Under the pieces are notes generated by a model. It made no database searches and was not told the origin of the DNA. It saw nothing but the letters and a program-made list of their open reading frames with translations. Made by a program: the position numbers and the translations under genes. A stretch of DNA of 61,813 nucleotides, counting the filler, from Platydemus manokwari (taxonomy: Eukaryota), in NCBI GenBank assembly GCA_037951405.1. It is 6 parts of 6 records of this genome, joined end to end, with 100 filler letters (N's around TTAATTAATTAA, not from the genome) between each part and the next. Parts side by side here need not be neighbours in the genome. Positions count along the whole stretch, not along the records: positions 49,026 to 61,813 come from JBBMOY011965823.1; 5 more parts are not named here. One strand, written 5' to 3'. Positions 50,080 through 61,813 of this stretch are shown piece by piece; position 1 is the first letter of the stretch, and every line of letters begins with the position of its first letter.

Positions 50080-50940
50080 TGTAAGCCTCTTTTTATTTTA
50101 TAAGCCACATACCAAATACGAACTGAAAAGTCGCAGTACCGATTTATATATTTTGATTCAATGATATACACCAATTTTTTATTAAATTAAACATATAAAA
50201 TTTCTCACATCACCCTTTCTTTAAAATCATTGATTACATTTGTATTCTTAATTGATTCTGCATCGAATAATCCACATATTTATTTACAAATAAATCTCCA
50301 ATTCTTTTATCGTCACAATATCTTGTTTTAAATCTTCTCAACAACTTACATATTCCTTATATCTTCCTTATTCATTGTCAATATAATCTCAATATCTTCT
50401 TCTTTTCCACAATTTTCAGTCATTGATCATTTCAGAATCGAATCCAGATGCGTGGTTGCCATGTAAGCCGCTACTATTTTAAACACCACACTTCAAAAAT
50501 GAACTGAAAATCCAGGTCACCAAATTATATATTTAAACAAACTATTATAATTTTATATAAAAGGCGAGTTGAATCTTTAAAAATGCTCACATTCGCCTAT
50601 GATTTTCTAATTCGTCTCTGTATCGAGTACTCTACACATGTATCCAGCTAAAAATCGATAATTCTTCCATCTTCTTAATATCTTGTTTCATATTTCCTTT
50701 ATATCTTCTTTATATGTTTTCTATGTCTTCCTCCTTCTCTTCCATAATTTTCAGCCAATGATCTTCACACAATCGAATCAAGATGCGTGCTCACCATGTA
50801 AGCCGCTACTATTTTATAAGCCACACATTGAAAACGAACTGAAAAGTCGCGACACCAAATTATATATTTCAATACAATTATTTAAACCAAATAATATTTT
50901 ATATAAAATTTGAATTAATCCATTTAAAATTTCTCACAAA
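50080..50940 (-). repeat. tandem array (~2.4 units of ~340-380 bp) of the exon-intron-like repeat family
   Basis: gtaagcc..tatttt..ccaca..gaactgaaaa recurs at ~50081, ~50463 and ~50798. Confidence 0.88.
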
Positions 50941-53900
50941 AATCAATAATAATCACATCATTTTCCAATCGATCAATATTCATTCCAATTCAAAATATAT
51001 TCAATATTACTGAAAAAACAAAACAGCAAAATTGTTTCCCGTTGTTGATTTCAACTCACGAAATTCGAAAAATATTTTCGTCTCTCGTTAGGCGACATTA
51101 AAAATATGCAATTCACGTACTGAGCTGCAATTGCGTCCCTTATCTTCTTCATTAAACAATTAACTTTGGCTGATGGATGATGCCGGTCATTACGAAAAAT
51201 GCACATCATATTGTAAATCAATAAATCAACGTGAAATAATCGATTGCGATTCATTAGATCATGAGTTAATGAAAATCGATATTGGCATATATTTGTTTTA
51301 AATTGTAATAATCGCTTCTGTTTAATAATTTCCTTCCGGGAAAAGTTTCTCAGAAAACCCAATCGAATCCCGATATAATATTCTTGTATTTTCCACCGGA
51401 GATAATAATGTCAATCAATATCGAGAGAATACTAAAATTTCATCGATTAGAAATCATTACAAATGTTGAATTATTATTTTTATCAATCCATCGGACAGTC
51501 ATTCGCATACTGATTAGCAGAAAAACCACTTGGCGCGTTTACAATCGATAACCAGCTAGAAAATTCGTGAGGCTCATCATTTCTGTAATTTGAACGTCAT
51601 ATTTAAAAACAACATCAAAACACGGTTGGTATTGCCAACACAGGCATTTCAATACACTAATACTGAAAATTGTAAATAATAATTTTAGCCATCTTTTCGT
51701 CCATTGCGTCGTTTTTTTTCTTTTTCTAATTTTCCAATGACAGGAATCGTTTTGTTTTATATTTGTAAACGAAAAAATTGCTTTATTTATCTTGAAGGAA
51801 TTTTCCCGTGTCTACTGGATGCGATAAATCGATTTACGATAACGAAATTTATCTCAAAGAATTTCATTGCATTTCAACGGGGCTCACAATGTTTTTTGCC
51901 AAACAAAGATATGGCGCGACTCATTACACAGAAATAATCCCATACCGATCTCTGACATTATTATAAGACAACTTTCCTAGAGGCAGTGAGTAATTACAGT
52001 CATTGTTTGAAGCTTTATTGATTTTTTTCTCTTTGTTTTTTTTTTGTAATTCAGATCTGTGTTTATTAAATGTTTGAGATAACAACTCAATGAAATGGGT
52101 TTATTTATCGATTTACAGTTCACGTCGACCGTTATTTTATAGGCCCGATAAATATGTTTCGATTATGACAGCCCATTGTAATTGGTGTGTGGAAGAATTT
52201 GTTTGCGTTCACATAATACTGCACAACCCATCGATATTATCATTGAGATTATCGATAGTGTTCCACAGATAATTGTCATGATGTCAGATTTGTACCGATT
52301 GATCGAAATGAAATCGATAAAAGGGAATTTATGATTCTCTATAATTATAATGAATTCTTGACAATCGATTCAAGATCAAAGCTAATATTGGTACCAATTC
52401 GTGAAATGCGAATTCACAATGTCAGCACATCATTCAAAGTTGTCGATTTTCAGCTATGGCTTCTAATCGTTCCGGGTCTTTGTGGTACACAACATTTTAC
52501 TACTGAAATAACTGATTCATGGGGCCATTTATAAATGGCAATATGCGTTGTTGCTATTTGATTGAAATTGAGCTTAAGAAGTTCAAATCACGAAAGTATA
52601 TTTAATGAAAACAAAAGATAATAATAAAGTAATTATTTAAAAGTTAATTTAATTTAATATCGGTTAGAAAATTTATATTTCGATATACGGGCCATTGTAT
52701 GAAAATAAAAATCAATAAATCCAATAAATGATTCCTGTTTGGTTCTCATTGACCGTGTGTCACTGAAATATAATTCATCAAACATTACACTGTTGGCAAG
52801 TGACGAGTGATTTTTTATTGTGTATATTTTTTTTACAATTTTATGAGGCCTGTCGCTGAAACGATTACACAGTTTGTGTTGTTTTTTGAACAGAATCTAT
52901 TTGGCAAACACAGTGCAAACCTATTTTTCAATTCTTTCCCACGAGTAAATAATTTATTTTCGTTTTCCACAGTCGACATTCAACTCAAATTTGACAGTAT
53001 TTTATTTGTGGAGTAGCTGTTGAACATTATTTTTCTCAGCAGTTAAATATATGAGTTGTGTTTAAATTAATAGAATCGATTGTTTGATGAGTCATTTCAG
53101 CCCGGTTCAATCAAATCCTTGTTAGTGTCTTTGTCATTCGGATTACAAGTGATCGGTCCGTAGAATATATTTTTCAGAAATAAAATCTCGTTTCTATTTA
53201 TAGAATTCCTACAAAAAATTAGATTAAAAGTGTCATCTCGTTCAGCACATAATTAGTGTGCTCTATTAAATTTACATCTCAACTTAGTCAGTGAATTCTC
53301 GAAATAATTTTCGATTTTGAAATCAAAATATTCACTCCTTTCACAACAAGTGTTTTGTTTCACTACTTTAATCGTATCTTCAAATCACTTCTTCACTGCC
53401 ATCGAAACCTGTAGTCGGATGTCGCTTTTTTACGATTGTTGAAAAGAAATTGATAAAAAAAAATAAGAAAAGATGACACTCACTAAATTATTATATGTGG
53501 ATGATGATATTGGTTTTGTCTCTTCATAACACAGTCTAATGCTGCCCTCTAGTGTCGAAATAAGGCCGTTCACAATGCTCCTCATTCAATAATAAATAAC
53601 AACGCCTTTGAAACATTCATGTCTATTATGAACTCAATAAAAATGGATAATTGTGATTTTCGGAATATTCCATGGAAATATCAGAGGATTTAAAGAGCCA
53701 AATGATTCGTCTATCTATTGGCGTAATTTAAATGTTAATTAAAGGACAAATGAGCTTCAAATATGTATCCGTAACTATCAGTCAATGGGCGTTGACTATT
53801 TTAATAATAACATAAAAATCAATATTCTAAATTTCAAAGTGAATGTCTGCAAACATAATGAATGTTCTCACATAACAATGAGAAATTTTCTAGCACCCAC

Positions 53901-56317
53901 ATTTAGTCTAGTTTAATTATTCTTTTAACCTTTGCCCTTATGGTATTGATTTTTCCAAATATTCATTTGGACCATTTTAATTCAATGCAGCTGTGAAATC
54001 ATAAATTCCATGCAGAAAAATCTAGATTTATTGACAACGAAAAATTACATTTTCCATTAAAATTTCCAGATGAATGTAAGAAACGATATTAATATTATTT
54101 CGAGACAATATGCATAAAAAAGAACTATTATTTTAGTATTAGGCCCCCTGATAATCGATGCATTGAAAAAAAAATCGATAATTACTATTGAATATTTAAA
54201 AAGAATCTTAAAATATCACCTATGAAGTCGACAGAAAAGTTAAAGCCCTTAAACTCTTCCTCGTAAAAAAATATTATTTGCAAAAAATATATTATTCCGA
54301 AATCATTCAGAAATATAAATGTATTATCATTATCATTATAAATAATGGACATTCTAACGAGTCTATTTCAACTAAATTTTAGACATTTAAAAATTTCGGT
54401 TTTTCCAACAGAATTGAAGAAAAAAATGTGCTAAATAGATAATCGTACCGAAAATAGATAATCCTAACGAAAAAACGACACAAGACATGAATGCAATGAA
54501 TTGTATCGATAGCACTTCATTTATGTGGTGTAGCAAATTTTATGCTCGTTATTACTTCGTCGGTAGCGCAATTTACGAATCGCAAATGATTGGAATAATC
54601 TTTTATCAAACCCATGAAAGACGGGGAATGGTAATGGATTTTTGGGATGGAGAAAATATTTTCACCAATTGAAACCAGAAATGACCCCAATTATCGAATA
54701 AAATTTGAATCCATAATTCGAGATTTATTTTAATATTTTATTAATTTATCCATGATTTTACAGAAAAAATGATTATTGATTATTATTATTATTGATTAAT
54801 TTATTAAGTAATGGTGTTATTAATAATATTTTTCAAATCCTATTCACACACTTCCTCTCTAAGAATTTTTAGCTCAATAATTTCATCAATAATTTCATCA
54901 ATAATTGAATCCATTCAATAATTTTATTTTAGTTAATCAGCTTTATTCCATTTTATCCTCGATTACCAGCCGATCGAAATTTATTCAATAATTTTCAATA
55001 GTATGTGTTTATGAGAGTGAGTGTTTGTGTGTGTGTGTGAGTGTGTATTCATTGATTAGTTACAAGTGTATGAATAATCATCACAGAACTTGACTGCTCT
55101 CACTGTGTCAGCCGTCCTAACAACAACAACAACGAACATTGCTCGCTGAACGAATTCTGATGTCAATAAAGCACGATATCAAGTAAACAACACTAAAACA
55201 TCAACAGAAACGACCAGTGAAATGTATTAATAAATTCACTAATTAATATTCATCAGCAGAATAAAAAATTTCTTTCCCGGCTCTATCACGAGCAATCTCA
55301 TCACGTTGCCCCACAGCGAATTCTTAGCAGGTCGTTCGTTTGTTGGTACTTTTCCGTGATGCAATATCAAACCGATAACCACCCGCTGTCGTGCCTTATC
55401 AAAGGCAATTTTGACAATTGGGTTGGGTCATTCAGTGCTGATATATGCTCTTCTCACATTTGTCAGACCAAATTTCGTTGATCAGTAATAAAATCAATAA
55501 TACTTGTTTATGATTTTTATTCACCACTTTATTGCGATAAGTCGTGATTTTAATAGATTGATTCTAACAACACTAAACCAGCGAGAAAATTGTATGAATG
55601 TTGTATCATGTGCCAAAAATAACTCATTCAAAAATATCGATATAAAATTAATACGTTCCATAAAAAATCCGGTTTTATCACACGATTTGTTCTCGAAAAC
55701 TTGTAAATCACATACTAGCTACGTGTATAAATATATCGATTAATTTGTAAGTCGTGATGTTTTACTATCAATGATTGATTTCAAGAATCGATAAATAATT
55801 TAATGATTGAGACTTGATAAATTATAATGTCATAATATATATTAATAGCACTTATAATTAAATATTATTTATGCACTAAATATCATTATTGAAATCAAAA
55901 TTTTATGTTATAATTGTAGAATAGTATTACAAATATCGATTTAATTAACTAAAAGATGCTAGTTGTAGATGAAATCTTAACCACTCCATTCTGTCTACAA
56001 TTTCATTGGCCATTAACACACATCTTCTAATAGAGATAACTCGTTATCCTACTATCGTGCTGCAAATATTGTCTTTCTATAAACGCGAGAGGCTGGCAAT
56101 TTTTCTATTTATTTATGTAAACAATATAATCACTACTAAACCATGTATCGACAAACTTTGCCATGTAAGTAAGTAGTATGTGTAGCAAGCAGAAATTTTT
56201 TAAAATTTGCATCAGGCTTTGTTATGAATGACTTATGTTTTTCTGCTTTGGATTCTTGTGATAGTGCTTGCGTGTCTTTATAATAAAAATAGTAGTCAAC
56301 ATTTATACTTTGATAAA

Positions 56318-56604
56318 NNNNNNNNNNNNNNNNNNNNNNNNNNNNNNNNNNNNNNNNNNNNNNNNNNNNNNNNNNNNNNNNNNNNNNNNNNNNNNNNNNN
56401 NNNNNNNNNNNNNNNNNNNNNNNNNNNNNNNNNNNNNNNNNNNNNNNNNNNNNNNNNNNNNNNNNNNNNNNNNNNNNNNNNNNNNNNNNNNNNNNNNNNN
56501 NNNNNNNNNNNNNNNNNNNNNNNNNNNNNNNNNNNNNNNNNNNNNNNNNNNNNNNNNNNNNNNNNNNNNNNNNNNNNNNNNNNNNNNNNNNNNNNNNNNN
56601 NNNN
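56318..56604. other. intra-scaffold assembly gap (287 N)
   Basis: A run of N without the linker; ORFs spanning it are artefacts. Confidence 0.97.
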
Positions 56605-57259
56605 CAATATTGATAGATATCTATACATTAATTATTTCTGTTGATTGATAAATCAGATAAAATCAATATAATATTAAAATAAACAATAAATTGAACCAAA
56701 TGTTTGCTACGTAATATTTGACATTTGTAAGATAAATCAATATGAGCTTAGCCAAATAAAAAACAGAAGCAACTATTATCAATCTCAAGTGACTTGGATT
56801 TTCTTGCCTTGGAATCTGGTTTCATTGAAAGATTAATAAAATATTGATTTTATCCTACACAAATGTTGAAATAATTTCACTGTGGCCCCTCTTCAAGTGT
56901 CCAGTTTCATCCAATCAGTTTTTGACAAGTCGTCAATGTTTTACAGAGAGACTGACTGATAACTGTCTGATAAATCGGTTTTCTACTGGAAGGCAGTGAT
57001 AATTCGTTGATCTGAAAAATACGAAATCTGTCTATACTAGCGAAATTTGTAAAACAAAATTAATGAGATATAAATAAATTATCAGCTAATGTTATTTATC
57101 ATTACCTATTTTTATAATAATGATAATAGTAATAGTACAAAATAAACTCTTATTAGAAAAATATATTACAAAAAGCTTCATTATTATTTTAAATGTAATC
57201 GCACATGCCCTCAAGCCGAAAATTCAGTGACAATTTCGCATGGAATTAACAACGATCTT

Positions 57260-57264
<5 letters not shown>

Positions 57265-57291
<27 letters not shown>
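57265..57291 (+). repeat. (TA)n microsatellite
   Basis: Read directly from the sequence. Confidence 0.9.
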
Positions 57292-57292
<1 letters not shown>

Positions 57293-60200
57293 TTTGATAA
57301 TCAATATCCCTTCAAAGAAAGCCCCCATTTTTCCCAACTGATAATAAATACCAGCTGCGTTGAGCATGTATGCCTGTATCATATGCCAATGTGTACCGAA
57401 CAAGTCCATGTGTCAATAAATAATAATCATCAGTCTCTCTCCATAGCGATTGTAGAATTACGATGGAATTTTTATTTATTTATTACATATAACAAACGAC
57501 TTTTCTCATCATTGAGATCACGATTGAACAACATGCAAACATGAAGTAAGGCTAATATTGTTAGCAATGAAATTCATTAAATGATACTGACATTTTCATC
57601 ATGGAATAATTGATCGATATTTTCATTGATTCTTGCTTGATATCCCTGATGAAATATCAGTTTTAACTTTTATCGATTTTTTATTCAACATATTGACATT
57701 CCGACGATTTTTTGACAGTGATATATGTTTTTTAATCTTCTTTCCACATCAATTTGTTGTTGTTGCATTCAGTAATGAACTTATGTCATCTTCATTCATT
57801 CATGTTTGCATTTCTGGGTGTGTGTGTGTAATTTATGTGTATATATATATTGATTTTCTTTATTATCTTTCTAATAAAGGTGACGGAGTGTATGTGAGAA
57901 AAAATTACAATTTTCATTTCCAATTATGAGAATAAAATATTAAACAATGGTGTTCTCAAACTGAAATTTAGAAAAGCACTGCAGCAGTGGCAGTAACATT
58001 ATATATGTATATATTTAATATTAACAAAGCCGTGTAGAGATTCAACCATTGATAAGTTTAACTTCATACTACTTGTGTATTGTATATGGATAAACAATGT
58101 TTGTGTGTGCAACGTACGATGTCGAACACGTAAGTGCAAGTGTGTTACAATCTGAGTGAATTACATGCCATTGAAGAATGAAAATAAAATAAAATTCTTT
58201 GAATAATGAAATCAATTTTTGCTGTTTTGTTTGATGTCTCCGATAAATTAATTTTAATTTGTTACGTAATTGTATCGATTATTTTTTTATTAATTATCTA
58301 TTTTAATATTGATTACATTCGAACAACAATGTGTTTGTACTTGTATGTATTTGTATATATTGACATTACGTGTGTGTCTGTGTGTGTGATTCATGAAATT
58401 TCCACATTGAGTCCTATTGGCAGAACCAGATTTTCCTTAATTGATTATTTACAATTACCATTCCAATCATGATAAACAACTATGTTTCCAAAATGACATC
58501 AATCTAAGACTAATCGATGAAAAACCATTGTAGCTATAGACATAATAGTCTGTGTCTTCAAAAACGATCGACAAATGTCAGCATAACCTTACACGATAAC
58601 AACAACTCAAACATGTTTAACATTTTAAAAATATGTTATTAATAGATTATCAATCTTGAAAGATCGGAAATCATTTTGAGAGATCGATTAATTGATTTAC
58701 TAAAATATATATACATTCATTCAAAACCTCAACGTGTTCGATATTTGCATTGGGTTGAAAGCAATCACACATTCAAATGATGTCGACATCTTCTGACTCA
58801 TTGATAAAGGCAATGGAAAATGTAGCATTACAATTTCCGCCCATCACATGAATAAGAAGAGAAAAAATAAATGCATTGAAATTAGAAACGACACTAAAAA
58901 CTAAACGACTGATTTTAGCAATGCGTTGGAATTTGTGTTTTTTAACCTTTCAATGAAATCGTAAAGATTTCATTAATTGAAATCCAGCTTCCAAGTGACT
59001 CTCGGGAAAAAATCGAATTCAAACCATACACCGCCCACATGATTCCATTTTCTCATCGTCAAGACGTCATCTTTTGTAAATGTTTGGGAATTTTAGATCT
59101 ACGTTTACATGATTTCAATCCATAGGAAATGTTAACATAACCGTTGCCATGGCAATAATTGGAATCGAAAATTATCACTAGCAATTTTTCTAACAAAATA
59201 CCAAATCAATACAATTCATTAAATTGATTGTTACTCATTTCAAAATATCGATTTTATGCAAATCAGACTGATTTACAATTCCGATAATTTTTTGTTTTAC
59301 TTCGTCTTAATTGATTTTATCCCCATTGACGGAATATTATTAGAAATAATCAATAAATTTTTTAAGTTAAAAATACGTAAACGATATTCATATTTGGCCC
59401 AACATTGATCTAATAAGCAACACACGAACAGTCGTGAATTAATCAATGAATTAAAAGCCGCCTTTAAAATCAGACTGCTAAATGAAGGAAATTATTAATT
59501 TCCTAGAAAATTTTTATGATTCATACTGGATTTCTTTCGGGAATTTTTTTTTCGTTTCTTGTTGATGATATCAGCTTCAGGTGGATTTTTTGCCCCGAAA
59601 AAAAAATTTTCTTCTTGATAGAAAATCGATTGAGAAAATGTGTTGTTTCATTTTGTATTGACTGTGATAATTTAATTGTTCGATTTTTGGAGTGTTTGAA
59701 TGTTGTTTTTACTCCATTGATTATCGATTAGGTTTTGTGTAGTCGATTGTTTATTGTTTATTTTGTGTTGTAAATTCATTCGATTCAGTTTTGGTAAAAA
59801 TGAAAATCACTTGATATGACATAATCGATTTGAAATATTATCCTATTGTGATTGCACAATCGGCTCCATTTACTTTTGTCCTTTCAATTTCATTCTATCA
59901 GAATAAACGAAATTATTTCATCGGCATACTGTGTCCATAGATACATTAACTGATGCATGGCACTAACATTCACATGGTATGATGTAATCGACATCAATGA
60001 TGATTAGATTAAACAAATTTGTGAGAAACAAACGTGTGTGTCGCAGTATCCAAAGTTTTTGTGTTGATTGTTCTGACGATCTGTTGTCATGTTTTTTGAG
60101 ATTATCAAACATTAATATTGCCCATGATCGATAAAAACTAGTGTATTATTTGTGTCTTATTGTTACCATTCATATTTTTCATTCATTGTTTTTTAATATC

Positions 60201-61813
60201 CTAATCCCCCACTATGTATCCAGGAACCGGAAATTGAAAACTGATATTCGAACCATAATCGAATTATCCGTGTAATTATAAGCTAATAGGAAATATCTGA
60301 CGGAACGTTGGCATGTTTATGATATTTTCCTGATGTGATTTTACAAATATTAATCTTTGCTTCGAAAAATTTCGATTTGTTTCTCGTATTGACTTTTTCC
60401 AGATTAGAATTGGCATTGAATTAAACAGCCCATTTGCCAGTGAATAAAATGGAACACATTAATTAATAGCTCTAATATGCAATGAAAAATAGTGAAATGA
60501 TGATGAGGATGTCGAAATGATTTTTGGTTTGATTAAAAAAATTTTTCGCTGTTTTATTTATCGGCATTTTCATTGAATGGCTTCCAATCGAGAATTTCGT
60601 TGTGATTTGTTTGATATGGTGATATAAATGTTAGTTTTGATATCAATTACATCGATCGAATCGATTATATTGTTAATGATCACTGAATATTTCTCACACC
60701 AACTATTTTAAAATTGAAATAACCAGTAATTGATTGGACTGCAGGAAAATCATTTTAGATAGATTTCTATTTTTACGACAAAGTTTTCTTTGTATAAATC
60801 ATGTTGCTAATTATATAAATGTTCTTTTCAATCGACTGATAACGGCAAAACACAAAACAATAATGGAAAAGCATATATATATATGTATCGATTTATTTTT
60901 TATTTTTATTTTTACTTAATCAAAATGAAATTAGATTCATAAAATCGATTGCTTTCAGACAAATTTCGTAAATATCTCTATTTTGAGCTCAATTTGAAAT
61001 TATTGAAAATCGATAATTTTTATTATCGACCAAAAATAAATAACAAAAAACACTTTCAAAATCAATTTTATTCTTAAATTGACATCAAAACTATTTTTCA
61101 CTTTTTACAAAAAACCAAACGTGTTACGTAATCACCAGTGTTAATAAATTCCGATTCTTTGACTCGTTTCTTTATCAGTGTGTATCTCAATATTCATTTT
61201 ATCGATTATTGTTGACAACATTTTTTTGGTCGGTTTTTTTTAATTTAATTTTCATTTGTTGTTTTTCACTGAAATTTCATAACCGAAATGCACATCGGAC
61301 AAATCGATTGGGTCGGAAAAAATGTTCAACGATGTCTGACCATTCCATCCATCAGCGGGTTTCTCAATCCCACCATCCAATAATCATGCTTATATGTTAA
61401 TCATTAATTGAGGATAACAATTATCGATTTCTACTAATAATCGTTTCCTCTAATTGATCGTTGCCAAAATAATTATTTTTCTTTCAGCTCTCTTCAAAAT
61501 TCGATTTATTATAAAAGAATTGAAAAATTAATATGAGGAGCACTTGAGAATGAATGAAGTTTTAAATTAAATCAATTAATTTTTTGTCAATAGTTATTAC
61601 TGATTAATTTGACAGAAAATAATTTCATAAACGATTAATTTATAATCGATGAAATAAAACTATATTATTTATTAATAATTCAGTATTGATTAAATATCAA
61701 CATGTAAATACCGTGCGATTCAAAGGTCTCCATCTCTAAAACTAAAATCAAACAACAAAACACAATATAATTTATACTCACATATTTATACTCATTGATA
61801 TTAATTATTATTC

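Noticed and set aside
56228-56648. ORFs spanning the 287-N gap
   Set aside because: They are open only because of the Ns.

Overview
AT-rich eukaryotic (animal) DNA, not prokaryotic. It has short GT-AG introns and an alpha-tubulin with an intron right after the ATG; the composition would fit a triclad flatworm, but that is only a guess. The window is six separate contigs/scaffolds joined by artificial 100-bp spacers (44 N + TTAATTAATTAA + 44 N), so adjacency across spacers means nothing. Two host genes are recognisable: a spliced, 5'-truncated multi-zinc-finger gene (18506-23033, +) built from four copies of an unusual ~105-aa zinc-finger-containing module, and the 5' end of alpha-tubulin (48693-48925). 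Most other recognisable DNA is decayed mobile or viral sequence: an RLE-type (R2/NeSL-like) non-LTR retrotransposon, a Ty3/Gypsy element, a Polinton/Maverick (adintovirus-like) cluster (PLA2, integrase, RING and entomopoxvirus-type tryptophan repeats), and an abundant exon-intron-like repeat. The most striking signal is a fragment of a multisubunit RNA polymerase largest subunit (8457-9082, -). It carries a DYDGDE catalytic motif, aligns by eye with poxvirus RPO147 rather than cellular Rpb1, and sits just upstream of the RLE retrotransposon on the same strand. It is a candidate endogenous pox-like viral element. All family assignments come from recognising motifs by eye; no searches were run.
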